Assembly (NCBI GenBank): GCA_963840855.1
Contig: CAWJBB010000062.1
Location: 64,001-128,000, forward strand
Length of the DNA: 64,000 bases
Direction: 5' to 3'
Source of the DNA: an uncultured delta proteobacterium
GTDB lineage: Bacteria > Desulfobacterota > Binatia > UBA9968
Shown piece after piece: positions 1 through 9,436 of the stretch. The notes beneath the pieces were generated by a model that saw only the letters and a list, made by a program, of their open reading frames with translations, was not told the origin of the DNA and searched no databases. Positions within the stretch are counted from its first letter, which is position 1; each line of letters starts with the position of its first letter. The position numbers and the translations under genes were made by a program.

Positions 1-234
1 AGGGTCAAGAATCAACTCAATGAGCGGCAGGAAAAAGCTCTCGCTCGGATCTTCCGTGAAGGGGTGGAGGGTTTCAAGGGCGGCGTGAGCGCCGAAAATT
101 ACATTTCGATCACCGGCGCTGCGCGCGCCACCGCCACGCGCGACCTTCAGGGTCTCGTCGACAAGGGCGTCCTGGTCCGCACCGGCGCGCTCAAAAGCAC
201 GCGCTACCACTTGAACCTCGAGGCAAGAAAATAA
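1..234 (+). CDS. Fic/DUF4172-family protein, C-terminal HTH part (runs in from the window start)
   Basis: My frame-1 translation: QLNERQEKALARIFREGVEGFKGGVSAENYISITGAARATATRDLQGLVDKGVLVRTGALKSTRYHL, TAA at 232-234. This is a typical Fic-family tail. Confidence 0.7.
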   Translation, partial: RVKNQLNERQEKALARIFREGVEGFKGGVSAENYISITGAARATATRDLQGLVDKGVLVRTGALKSTRYHLNLEARK

Positions 235-432
235 ACCTGCCAACGGCGCGCGGATTTAAGGTACCCTTACGAGGCACGTGACATCTCGGGCAAGTTCAGC
301 AATTCCGCATCCGCAGTTTTTAGTTTAGGCTAACGCGCGGTTTTATATTCAGATCCAATCTTAGTCCGTTTTCGGGGCAAATTCGCATTCGTTTTTTTTC
401 CTTGACAAAGGTTGGCTTCTTGTATAGTGAAG

Positions 433-777
433 ATGTACAAGATGGCAACACGCCTGCCCCGAACGACTTTTGCTCCCCCCGAGCGCCGGCGCCGTTCTCG
501 CGTCGCCGAGTTGGCCCACTCTAGCCGGCTTTTGCGCGGGACCCTCTCAGTGCGAAACCAAACCTGTGGCAAGGAGAGCTGCCGCTGCGCTCGTGGGGAA
601 CCCCATGTCTCACTTTATCTGGTCCAGAGCCATCACGGTAAGCCTCGTCAACTCTACGTTCCCAAAGAGTGGGAAGAGCGGGTCAATCGAGCGGTTAAGG
701 ATTATCAGGAATTGCAAACTCTTTTGGAAGAGCTCTCGGAGTTGGAGTGGAGGCGGCTGACGCGCAGGGAGGAATAA
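433..777 (+). CDS. DUF6788-family IS accessory protein (putative Zn-binding)
   Basis: Motif RGTL...CGKESCRCARGEPH..YL......KPRQLYVP directly upstream of a transposase. Start uncertain (412/433/442). Confidence 0.75.
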   Translation: MYKMATRLPRTTFAPPERRRRSRVAELAHSSRLLRGTLSVRNQTCGKESCRCARGEPHVSLYLVQSHHGKPRQLYVPKEWEERVNRAVKDYQELQTLLEELSELEWRRLTRREE

Positions 778-781
778 GCCC

Positions 782-2004
782 GTTCTTCGCCGACTGAGTC
801 GATATTGCGAGAAGGTCTTTGCCTTATCGGAGAAGGTCATTGAAGAGGTCTCTGATGGCCGGCTATTGCCACGCATTGATACAGCGGTGGCGCTCAAAGC
901 CGGGTTGGTGCTTTTCTGGGCTCGCCTGGGTAGCCTCAATGCCTTGGGGACAACGGCTGCGGCGCGGTTCTGGAAGCAGTGGCTGGGAGAGGATCTTTGC
1001 AGTGTGGATACGGTGGGACGGGTTCACGCCCTGATGGACGCGCAGGGACTGAGAAGGGGGCTCCATCGGATCTATGCCTGCTTGAAACGGAACAAGGCGT
1101 TGAGCGCTCTGGGAGGATGGGAGGTGGCGGTGGTGGACGGGCATGAGACTCACTCAAGTTACCGGCGTCATTGTTCGGGGTGCCTTAAAAGAACGGTGCA
1201 CACTAGCGCAGGAGAGCGCGTTCAGTATTACCATCGCCATGTGGCTTTTCTATTATTGACCGACAAGCTTCGGCTTCTGCTCGATCTGGAACCGCAACGC
1301 CCAGGAGAAGACGAGGTAAGGGCGGCGTTGCGGTTGGTGGAGCGGGTGGTTCAAGCCTACCCCCGCGCCTTTAAGGTCGTTCTGGCCGATGCTCTTTATG
1401 CCGAAGCACGGTTTTTAAATTTTTTGTTATCGCACCGCAAACACGTCCTGATTGTGCTCAAGGATGAGCGGCGCGATCTGTACCGCGACGCCACGGCTCT
1501 GTTTGGACTCCAAGAGCCTCAACCAGGGCAGTATCGGAGCCGGCAATGTCTGTGGTGGGATGTACAAGAGCTGAACACGTGGCCCCAAGTGCTCGCCCCT
1601 TACGGGTGGTGCGGTCCCAAGAGAGCTATTTTATCCGGCGGCAAATGACGGGGAATCTCGAGCAGCAAAATACCCAATGGATGTGGGTGACCACGTTGAC
1701 GCAGTCTGAAGTGTCGACCGAGCGGGTAGTCCGCTTGGGTCACGCGCGCTGGGATATTGAGAACTACGGCTTCAACGAATTGGTTAATGCGTGGCATGCT
1801 GACCACGTCTACAAGCATGACTCGTGCGCCATGGAGAGTTTCGCTCTGGTGGCATTCTTAGCTTACAATCTTTTCCATGCTTTCTTGGCTCTCAACCTCA
1901 AACCCCAGCTGCGCCGTTCCTGCACGGAGTCTTTCTGGGCCTGTGCGATGGCAGCGGAAATTTATCAAGATGCCCTGGACTCCAGAGCCGGGCATCCGCC
2001 GTAG
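782..2004 (+). CDS. DDE transposase (IS4/ISAs1-like, DDE_Tnp_1), frameshift near 1600
   Basis: Catalytic motifs VVDGHE, LADALYA and RWDIENYGFNELVNAWHADH. ORFs 866-1648 and 1546-2004 join with a 1-nt indel in a C-run. No canonical start codon at the 5' end. Confidence 0.8.
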
Positions 2005-2389
2005 AACTGGTTCTGATGCTTTAGCATACTATTCCATCCCACCTCCCTGGGGACTACCGGGCACTGCTTGGCCCAGCAGCCCCTAGGTATTTCTTTTGCC
2101 ACGAATATTCGCGGCTCCGAGCCCAAAAAACCATGAGAATTTGACAGATACTTTCGTACACGCCTATGGCTAAGGTTTTCAAACACTTCCAGCCACCGTT
2201 GCGGAATCGCTGGGCCAAGTTGTTTTGCCTTGACTGCCCCTGGCTGTTTGCCTAATGTGCGGCCATTCGATGCGACGGGGGGTCGCTCGTCGTGTAACAT
2301 CTTCGTTTCCAACTCCCCCTCCTTCGTCGATCCCCCGCTCGCGCGGGGGCGAAGACATGTGGGGCGCACCAGAAGTTGGAGATCTCTAT

Positions 2390-3394
2390 ATGCGTGGACC
2401 ACTCTTTCTGAAACGCATTAGGATTTTGCTGCTGATTGTCTGCGCCGTGGCAGGGCTGCCAGCTCTGGCGCCGGCGGCAGAATTTCAGGGAAGAACTACC
2501 GGTTCCGCTACTAAGATCAGACTTGGCACCCCGGTGGCATCGCTGAGCTACCTGCCAATTCATGTGGCGCTCAAGAAAGGTTTCTTTGCGAAACGCGGCT
2601 TTGACGTGGAGGTCATTCAGATGGCCGCCGGCCTGGTGACCCCGGCACTTCTCAACCGGGCGATCGATTACACGACGATACCCAGTGGGCCCGCTACGGC
2701 CGGCGCTCGGGGACTGCCCCTGAAAGTGATTTGCTTTACTTCGGTGAAGCTCCAGCATGTTCTCATCGGCCGCCCGGAGATCATGACGGTGACCGATCTT
2801 GCCGGCAAACGGATCGGTGCCGGAAGCCTTGGGACTCTCCCTGCATACGAGGTGCGCGTGCTCATCGATCGCTACAAACTGGGATCCAACACGGTCATCG
2901 TTCCCTTGAACTCCACCAACGACAGGATGCTCGGCACGCAAAGGGGAACCATCGACGGCACCGTGGTGCCCGCACCGTTCGATCTGAAGGCTGAGGAAAT
3001 GGGATTGAGACGGCTCCTGCAAATGGGCTCGATACTGCCGATCCCCCAAGCCGGCCTGGCCACCACGGAAGAAAAAATTAAGACAGCACGCCAGGAAATC
3101 ATCGAACTCCTCAAGGCTACGGTCGAAGGGCTCGATTACACCTGGAACGAGCGCGAAGGGACGATCGATATCATTGCCAAATGGATGAACCTCAATGCAT
3201 CACAAGCCGGCAGAGCCTACGATTCCGTACGCGACACTTACTCAAAAAACGGCATCCCTTCCGAAGAGCAAACGAAGGCCTATATCGCGATGCTCGGCGC
3301 GACGGCCGGCCTCAAGGGAGACGTTGCCGCTAATTCGATCTTCGATTTTTCTCTTGCCGCGGAGGCGGCGAAAGAAATGACAGGGAAAAAGTAG
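2390..3394 (+). CDS. ABC transporter substrate-binding protein, NMT1/SsuA/TauA family
   Basis: Signal peptide followed by YLPIHVALKKGFFAKRGFDVEVI and DLAGKRIG motifs. Confidence 0.85.
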   Translation: MRGPLFLKRIRILLLIVCAVAGLPALAPAAEFQGRTTGSATKIRLGTPVASLSYLPIHVALKKGFFAKRGFDVEVIQMAAGLVTPALLNRAIDYTTIPSGPATAGARGLPLKVICFTSVKLQHVLIGRPEIMTVTDLAGKRIGAGSLGTLPAYEVRVLIDRYKLGSNTVIVPLNSTNDRMLGTQRGTIDGTVVPAPFDLKAEEMGLRRLLQMGSILPIPQAGLATTEEKIKTARQEIIELLKATVEGLDYTWNEREGTIDIIAKWMNLNASQAGRAYDSVRDTYSKNGIPSEEQTKAYIAMLGATAGLKGDVAANSIFDFSLAAEAAKEMTGKK

Positions 3395-3612
3395 CGTGGC
3401 TTGCAACCGCTCGCTAGGCGCGAAATCAATTTTACACAGGAGTCAACCGCGACAATTACCTCGACGATCATGCGCTGAGCCAGGGAAGTTGGACTTCAAT
3501 TCTGTGCCAGGTCGTAGTTCTGGAAGCCAAAGGAAATGTCATCCCCGACGATCTCATTCCTATCAAGGATATGAAAAGAAGGGAGCAGATGTGAAGAAGG
3601 AGGGACAATAAC

Positions 3613-4704
3613 ATGCCGATAATCGATGCCGATACGCACGTGGATGAGACCGAGGATACCTGGGCCTATCTGGAGCCGGGCGAAGAGCAGTTCAGACCTG
3701 AGACAGCTTACCCCAAAGAGCAAGACCCGTCTCGGCCACCCATGCGTTACTGGGTCATCGATGGAAAGCGCCACCTCCGCTTTATCCGTAGCGACGCGCA
3801 AACAAAGACGACAGTCCAAACCCGTGAACTTATGGATTTGGACGCCCGCCTGCGGGATATGGACCGGATGGGCGTTGACGTGCAGGTCATGTATCCCACT
3901 CTCTGTTTGGTGGAAATAACCGAGCGGCCAGAGGTAACCTTGGCGCTGCGGCGCAGTTACAATCGCTGGCTCGCCGACAGATGGGCGCGGTCGCGAGGGA
4001 GGCTGAGATGGGTCATGCTGCCGCCTCTAAGAACAATGGACAAGGCATTGGAGGAATTGCGTTTCGCCAAGGACCACGGAGCCTGTGGCGTGCTCAAAAA
4101 GGGAGATCGAGAAGCAGGTTTTTGGCCTGTCGATCCTTATTTTTTTCCCCTCTATGAGGAAGCGCAGCGCCTTGACCTGCCGATCTGCTTTCATACAGGA
4201 TCCGGTACTCCGGATTCTAGTCCGGCGCGCCAGTTCCCGTTTGGCGGTTTTTACCGCATCACGCTTCCTGTTGTGCATGCTTTTCAATCGTTGATTCTAC
4301 AGGGAGTGCCGGCGCAGTTTCCGCGGCTGCGCTTTGGTCTCATCGAAGCGGCCGCTTCCTGGATACCGTTTGTTCTTCACAACCTGCGCAGGCATCTCGC
4401 CAAAAATCGGGAACGACCGGCCAGTGTGCTGCGGGGGGCAGATCAATTCTTGGATATTTGCGAAGACGTCATGCGCAGCAACCACATGTATGTTACATGC
4501 CAGGTGGACGAGGATCTGCCCTATCTCCTAAAGTACACCGGCGAGGAGAATCTGCTTTTGGGGTCCGACTACAGCCACAGCGATCCCGCGCAGGAGATGA
4601 GCTTCATGCGCCGGCTCCAGGAACGCGCTGACGCGGGAGATATCGCACAATCGGTCGTAAAGAAAATTACCGATCACAATCCGAGCGCATTTTATGGCCT
4701 GTAG
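3613..4704 (+). CDS. Amidohydrolase family protein (Amidohydro_2, ACMSD-like)
   Basis: IIDADTHV, MDRMGVDVQVMYPT, FHTG, FGLIEAAASW, GSDYSH. RBS GGAGGG. Confidence 0.9.
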   Translation: MPIIDADTHVDETEDTWAYLEPGEEQFRPETAYPKEQDPSRPPMRYWVIDGKRHLRFIRSDAQTKTTVQTRELMDLDARLRDMDRMGVDVQVMYPTLCLVEITERPEVTLALRRSYNRWLADRWARSRGRLRWVMLPPLRTMDKALEELRFAKDHGACGVLKKGDREAGFWPVDPYFFPLYEEAQRLDLPICFHTGSGTPDSSPARQFPFGGFYRITLPVVHAFQSLILQGVPAQFPRLRFGLIEAAASWIPFVLHNLRRHLAKNRERPASVLRGADQFLDICEDVMRSNHMYVTCQVDEDLPYLLKYTGEENLLLGSDYSHSDPAQEMSFMRRLQERADAGDIAQSVVKKITDHNPSAFYGL

Positions 4705-4744
4705 TTGTATAGCTTGAGGGCGCAGGTCACAGCGTTGACGGGGC

Positions 4745-4778
4745 TTAAAGGGGACGGGCTCACTCCTGTCCCCTTTAA
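4745..4778. terminator. Bidirectional hairpin between convergent genes
   Basis: TTAAAGGGGAC...GTCCCCTTTAA 11-bp stem. Confidence 0.6.
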
Positions 4779-4787
4779 ATCGCCCGG

Positions 4788-5702
4788 CTACCGTTTAATT
4801 TGCGGCAACACTTTTTCCCCAAACAGATCCAACTGCCTCGGATCGGGGTCGGCGACGCCGATGATCAGTGTATCGATGCCTTTGCTGAAAAAGTATTCGA
4901 TCTTGTCGGCGCATTGGGCGCCGGAGCCGACGATGGAGACGGGCTCTACGTCGCCGCGCAGGCGGCCGTAGTAGCGCATCGTATAAGCTTCGATGGTTTG
5001 CACGGCCTTGGCTTTGTCGTCGTTGATGGCCATGAACGCGAGGCTGGCTTTGGTGATTTCGTTGGGGTTTCTACCGGCCGCGGCGGCGTAGCTCGCGATT
5101 TTATCCCAGGTCACACGGAAATCCGCAATCGCGGCGCTGCCCGATATGAACCCGTTAGCCCAAGTGCCGGCGCGCTTGAGCGCGGTTTCGGCGCTGCCGC
5201 CGGTCCAGATCGGCGGGTGCGGTTTCTGTACCGGCCGAGGCCCAAGAGTTAGATTCTCCACGTTAAAGAATCGGCCTTTGTGGGTTACGTTGTCTTCGGT
5301 CCAAAGGCGTTTCATCAATTGGACTTGTTCCACCGCCCGGCTGCCGCGGTGCTCATATGGAATCTCGACGGCCTTGTAATCATTTTCGCGGCTGCCGAAG
5401 CCGAGGCCGAGGGTTACGCGGCCATTGGAGATGAAATCCAGCGTGGCGATCATCTTGGCCAAATGGGCCGGGTGACGCGTATTTCCCAATAACACGGAAG
5501 TACCGAGGCGGATCTTTTGCGTGGCGCCCGCCGCGGCGGCGAGAAACGTCAACGGTTCGAGGTTATCGTAGGCGATGCGGTCGATGGCCCACATCGAATG
5601 GCAGCCAATCGCCTCGCATTTCTTGGCGAAGTTCACGGCGTTTTCCGGTTTGGTCAGTGGAGCTGGGTTCACCCAGGCGAGTCCGATGCTGCGCATAATC
5701 AT
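4788..5702 (-). CDS. LLM-class (luciferase-like) flavin/F420-dependent oxidoreductase
   Basis: EPLTFLAAAAGATQKIRLGTSV, LAKMIATLDFISNGRV, PRPVQKPHPPIW. Confidence 0.9.
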   Translation of the reverse strand: MIMRSIGLAWVNPAPLTKPENAVNFAKKCEAIGCHSMWAIDRIAYDNLEPLTFLAAAAGATQKIRLGTSVLLGNTRHPAHLAKMIATLDFISNGRVTLGLGFGSRENDYKAVEIPYEHRGSRAVEQVQLMKRLWTEDNVTHKGRFFNVENLTLGPRPVQKPHPPIWTGGSAETALKRAGTWANGFISGSAAIADFRVTWDKIASYAAAAGRNPNEITKASLAFMAINDDKAKAVQTIEAYTMRYYGRLRGDVEPVSIVGSGAQCADKIEYFFSKGIDTLIIGVADPDPRQLDLFGEKVLPQIKR

Positions 5703-5806
5703 CTCCTCAACGGCTCATGTTAATTGGCTCAAAATAGACTAGTCCGACGCCCCTTTTCAAGTTTCAGCGACTGCGCTATATCGGCAGTACAAGGGAGGAA
5801 ACAATC

Positions 5807-6241
5807 ATGGAAGCTTCCACATTCAAACTCAAAACGCCGCACATCACCGACGGGCGAAGTCATATTCCGCTGGCGCAAACGGAACATATGACAATTGGGC
5901 TCAACTACTACGTCCCCGGCCGGAAAAATAAATTGCACACGCACCCCGGCGAAGATCATACCTTTGTCGTGATGGATGGCCAGGCGACTTTCTACAACAA
6001 AGACCATCAGCCGACGGTATTAAACAGGGGCGAAGGCATCATCCTGCCGGAAAATCATTACTATTATTTCGCTAGCACGGGCGATAAACCCCTCGCGCTT
6101 TTCCGCGTGAGCGCGAAAAAAGGCAACAAGCCTAAAGCCGTGCGAGTGGATACCGAAGGCAACAGACGGGCCAATGAGGAAATGGATTTCATCGTCGTGG
6201 ATGGCCAAGTGGTGGAAGGACAGTTCTGGGAAATGAAATGA
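5807..6241 (+). CDS. Cupin domain protein
   Basis: LHTHPGEDHTFVVMDG and ILPENHYYYF cupin motifs. RBS GGAGG. Confidence 0.85.
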   Translation: MEASTFKLKTPHITDGRSHIPLAQTEHMTIGLNYYVPGRKNKLHTHPGEDHTFVVMDGQATFYNKDHQPTVLNRGEGIILPENHYYYFASTGDKPLALFRVSAKKGNKPKAVRVDTEGNRRANEEMDFIVVDGQVVEGQFWEMK

Positions 6242-6247
6242 GGCGTC

Positions 6248-7402
6248 ATGAAAGTAACTGACGTCAAGACCACTCGGTTACGCGCTGAGATACCGACGGA
6301 AGGCCAAGTTTTTAGCCGCTCCGGTGTGAGAAGCACACGGTCAGCGACGCTGGTGCAGGTGGAAACCGATGAAGGGATTACTGGCATAGGTTCCTGCTCG
6401 GGAAACGGCGAGCTGCTGGAGTTCATTATCGCAAGGGTGCTGAAGCCGCTGATCGTCGATATGGACCCAACCGAGATCGACGCCATTTGGGACAAGGCCT
6501 ATGTGCGCGGCGGTCACAAAGAGTTCGGCACCCGAGGAATTGGTATCGTGGCGCTCAGCGGCATCGACATCGCGCTCTGGGATATCCTCGGCAAGGTGCG
6601 CGGCGTTCCGCTCTACCAATTGTTAGGCGGGAAGTGCCGCGACAAAGTGCCGGTTTACGCGACTGCGTTGTACCCGGAGGAACCATCGAAAGTCGCCGCC
6701 AGGGCGCGCACCTTCGCCGAGCAAGGTTTTCACGGGGTAAAAATTAAAGTCGGATTTGACTTGGATCAAGATGTCCGCATCGTTCGCGCCGTGCGGCAGG
6801 AGCTCGGTAAAGACTTTATCGTCATGACGGACGCGAATCAGGGTTATAGCTTGGATGTGGCCTTGCAAGCAGCGGCAGGGTTCGCCGACGCCGGCGCATT
6901 TTGGCTGGAGGAACCGCTCTTCGTGGAAGATGTCGAGGGTCACGCGGCGTTGCGCGAGCGCGGCAAAGTTCCCATCGCCGTGGGTGAGAACCTACATACC
7001 TGCGGCGCCTTTCGCGATTTCGTCGTGAGCGGCGCGGTGGACTTCTTGCAGCCGGACGTGGCCCGCGCCGGCGGCATTAGCGAAATAAGGAAAATTACCG
7101 CCATGGCAGCCAAGTATAAGGTGCCGGTGTCGTTTCACACTTGGGGGGACGGTGTCGCATTGGCGGCCAGTGTTCACCTTGCGGCGGCGTTGCAGGATTG
7201 CATCGTCATGGAACTGGATTACACTTACAATCCACTGCGAGAAGAGCTGCTGCGCGAACCTATCAACGTTCATGGCGGGTTTCTCACGCCGCCGGAGAAG
7301 CCCGGCCTTGGGGTCGAGTTAAACGCGGAAGCGTTGCAAAGATTTGCCTTTGCTGGAAGCGAGGAGCTTGCGGTCAGGCAGAAAACTCTCGGTTCAGCTT
7401 AG
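6248..7402 (+). CDS. Mandelate racemase/muconate lactonizing enzyme family protein
   Basis: SGIDIALWDILGK, KIKVG, MTDANQ, WLEEP, VGEN, QPDV, PEKPGLGVE. Confidence 0.9.
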   Translation: MKVTDVKTTRLRAEIPTEGQVFSRSGVRSTRSATLVQVETDEGITGIGSCSGNGELLEFIIARVLKPLIVDMDPTEIDAIWDKAYVRGGHKEFGTRGIGIVALSGIDIALWDILGKVRGVPLYQLLGGKCRDKVPVYATALYPEEPSKVAARARTFAEQGFHGVKIKVGFDLDQDVRIVRAVRQELGKDFIVMTDANQGYSLDVALQAAAGFADAGAFWLEEPLFVEDVEGHAALRERGKVPIAVGENLHTCGAFRDFVVSGAVDFLQPDVARAGGISEIRKITAMAAKYKVPVSFHTWGDGVALAASVHLAAALQDCIVMELDYTYNPLREELLREPINVHGGFLTPPEKPGLGVELNAEALQRFAFAGSEELAVRQKTLGSA

Positions 7403-7424
7403 TCCGGGCGAGTTCATTGAGAAA

Positions 7425-7455
7425 AGGCGCGAGGCATGAGGCGAAAGGCGTGAGG
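7425..7455 (+). repeat. Heptamer tandem repeat (AGGCNNN x4)
   Basis: aggcgcg aggcatg aggcgaa aggcgtg agg. Near-identical array at 59692-59722. Confidence 0.7.
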
Positions 7456-7697
7456 AAGACTTTGCGCAAGTCCCGGGGCACTGCGAAATCTAGCTTCTTC
7501 TCGATCGATTTCTAGTAACGGCTTGCAAGGCCGCAAATCGTTTCAGTCCACTCCGGGCGAAAATCCTACGGCGGATTCCAGCAATTGTAGTTTTCGTCCT
7601 CGTCGATGTTTGGCAGCGAGCAACGGTTCGATTGCGCTGCCGATTTTTGTGCGCATGGAATCTTACGACACTAGCCGAGACGAAGATTTTAGCAATG

Positions 7698-7736
7698 AAA
7701 TCCCGGATCGCCGTTGGGCAATCCGGGATTTTTTTT
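7698..7736 (+). terminator. Rho-independent terminator
   Basis: AAATCCCGGAT...ATCCGGGAT stem followed by a T-run. Confidence 0.75.
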
Positions 7737-7810
7737 GACTCGTGTTTGGCGCCACTCAAATTCCGGTCACCATGAAGCAGGGTCTCGTCAAAGTCTTGTT
7801 GAGCAGATGA

Positions 7811-7847
7811 AAATCCCTCTAAATCTCCCTTTATAAAGGGAGACTTT
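7811..7847. repeat. REP-like palindrome (AAATCCC..TCCCTTT..AAAGGG family)
   Basis: Perfect 20-bp palindrome TCTCCCTTTATAAAGGGAGA at 7824-7843. Related copy at 59248-59297. Confidence 0.6.
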
Positions 7848-7997
7848 CTATTTCCTTTTTTTATTCTATGTAAATACCTCGCCCAAGTCTCGACCCGAAG
7901 TTAATGGCCTAGCCCCCGGCGACCTACTCGACTCGTCTTTCCCGATAGTTTTTTATATTGTTTTAAGTTCGAGAGTTGTTAAGATTACCCGGCTGTT

Positions 7998-9374
7998 ATG
8001 TATGAGCAGGATACGATTGCGGCGATCGCCACGCCGGTCGGGGAGGGGGCGGTGGCGATCGTGCGTATGAGTGGGCCGGATGCCGAACGGATCGCGGCCA
8101 ATGTCTTCGTGCGCCGCGAAGGCAAGAATGGGAAACTGGCTTCGCACCGGCTTTATCACGGCAGGATTCAGGACCCCGGCTCGAGGAAATTTCTCGATGA
8201 AGTTTTGCTCGCAGTAATGCGCAAACCGCGCAGCTACACCGGCGAGGATATAGTCGAAGTGTACTGCCACGGCGGCGCGTTTGTTGTCCGGCGCGTATTG
8301 GAGCTGGTACTTGCTCGAGGCGCGCGCCATGCTGAGCCCGGCGAGTTTACCAAGCGCGCGTTTCTAAACGGTCGAATCGATCTGGCGCAGGCGGAGGCGG
8401 TTCTAGATATAATCCAGGCGCGCACGGAAACAGGCGTCGAGCTCGCCGTCAATCAAGCCAGCGGGGAGTTGTCCCGGTGGGTGCATGAGTTGCGCGAGTA
8501 TCTCCTGGATATTCTGGTGCAGGTCGAGGCCGCCATCGACTTCCCGGAGGAAGAAATCGAATTCCTGCAACACCCGGAGTTGATTAGGAAGATCGACTCT
8601 CTCAGATCCAAGATCGGGGAAATAATTGCGACTTACGATTGGGGTCGCATATTGCGGGACGGCGCCAGGGTGTGTATCTGTGGGCGGCCCAACGTGGGCA
8701 AATCCAGCCTGCTCAATGCGCTCTTGGGCGAGCAACGGGTGATAGTGACCCCGGTTCCAGGCACGACCCGAGACGTCATCGAGGAAGCGATCAATCTCGA
8801 CGGTTTGCCGGTAGTGCTTTGGGACACCGCGGGAATTCGGATGACGGAAGATCAAGTGGAAAAGCTAGGTGTCGAGTTGTCGTTGGCGCATGTCGAAAAA
8901 TCTGATGCGGCCATCGTAGTTCTCGATGGCTCGGAGAAGATCACGGAAGATGACCTGCGGTGCTTGGGCTCCACGAAGAGTAAAAAAAGATTGATCGTGC
9001 TAAACAAAAATGATCTGCCGCTAGCTGTCGATGTCGGAGAACTGGGCGAAGCCGTATCAGGGGCGGCTTTGTTCCACGTCTCCGCCAAAAACGGCAAGGG
9101 TCTAGATGAACTGAAACAATCACTGCGGGAGCTGTTGCTGAATCAGGAGGTCGAGGCGCCGGTGGTTTTGACCAATCTACGTCATAGAGCAGCGCTCGAA
9201 GCGAGCAACTCGGCTTTAAGCGATGCGGTTAGCTCTCTGCAAGGCCGGAACGCACCGGAACTGGTAGCGGTCAATCTGCAAGAGGCTAGAGAAAGACTCG
9301 AAGAAATATTTGGCAAGATCACGAACGATAATATTTTAGAACGTATTTTTAGTAATTATTGTATCGGTAAATAG
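7998..9374 (+). CDS. mnmE: tRNA modification GTPase MnmE
   Basis: DTIAAIATP, GRPNVGKSS, GTTRD, DTAG, NKND, C-terminal CIGK. Confidence 0.97.
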   Translation: MYEQDTIAAIATPVGEGAVAIVRMSGPDAERIAANVFVRREGKNGKLASHRLYHGRIQDPGSRKFLDEVLLAVMRKPRSYTGEDIVEVYCHGGAFVVRRVLELVLARGARHAEPGEFTKRAFLNGRIDLAQAEAVLDIIQARTETGVELAVNQASGELSRWVHELREYLLDILVQVEAAIDFPEEEIEFLQHPELIRKIDSLRSKIGEIIATYDWGRILRDGARVCICGRPNVGKSSLLNALLGEQRVIVTPVPGTTRDVIEEAINLDGLPVVLWDTAGIRMTEDQVEKLGVELSLAHVEKSDAAIVVLDGSEKITEDDLRCLGSTKSKKRLIVLNKNDLPLAVDVGELGEAVSGAALFHVSAKNGKGLDELKQSLRELLLNQEVEAPVVLTNLRHRAALEASNSALSDAVSSLQGRNAPELVAVNLQEARERLEEIFGKITNDNILERIFSNYCIGK

Positions 9375-9420
9375 TAAGTTATATTAACAAAATATTTAAA
9401 CATAAATTCATAATATGAAT

Positions 9421-9436
9421 TGTTTCACGTGAAACT
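9421..9436. promoter_or_regulatory. parS site
   Basis: TGTTTCACGTGAAACT, 15/16 to the consensus TGTTTCACGTGAAACA. Abuts the mnmG ATG at 9437. Confidence 0.9.

Larger units (their letters stand above)
297..2212 (+). mobile_element. Insertion sequence (~1.9 kb): DUF6788 gene + DDE transposase
   Basis: Terminal IRs CAGCAATTCCGCATCCG (297-313) and CCGTTGCGGAATCGCTG (2196-2212) match 14/17. Flanking 9-bp direct repeats GGGCAAGTT (288-296) and GGCCAAGTT (2213-2221) match 8/9. Confidence 0.85.

Noticed and set aside
7460-7760. Small ORFs or an attenuator leader before the terminator at 7698
   Set aside because: No amino-acid-rich leader peptide, no recognisable protein family and no biosynthetic gene downstream.
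9070-9085. TGTTCCACGT half-site in mnmE (and TATCACGTGA near 10650) as extra parS sites
   Set aside because: Only half or ~10/16 of the consensus matches, and both are explained by codons.
9340-9420. AT-rich stretch as oriC
   Set aside because: I saw no DnaA-box cluster (TTATCCACA) and the intergenic part is only ~60 nt.
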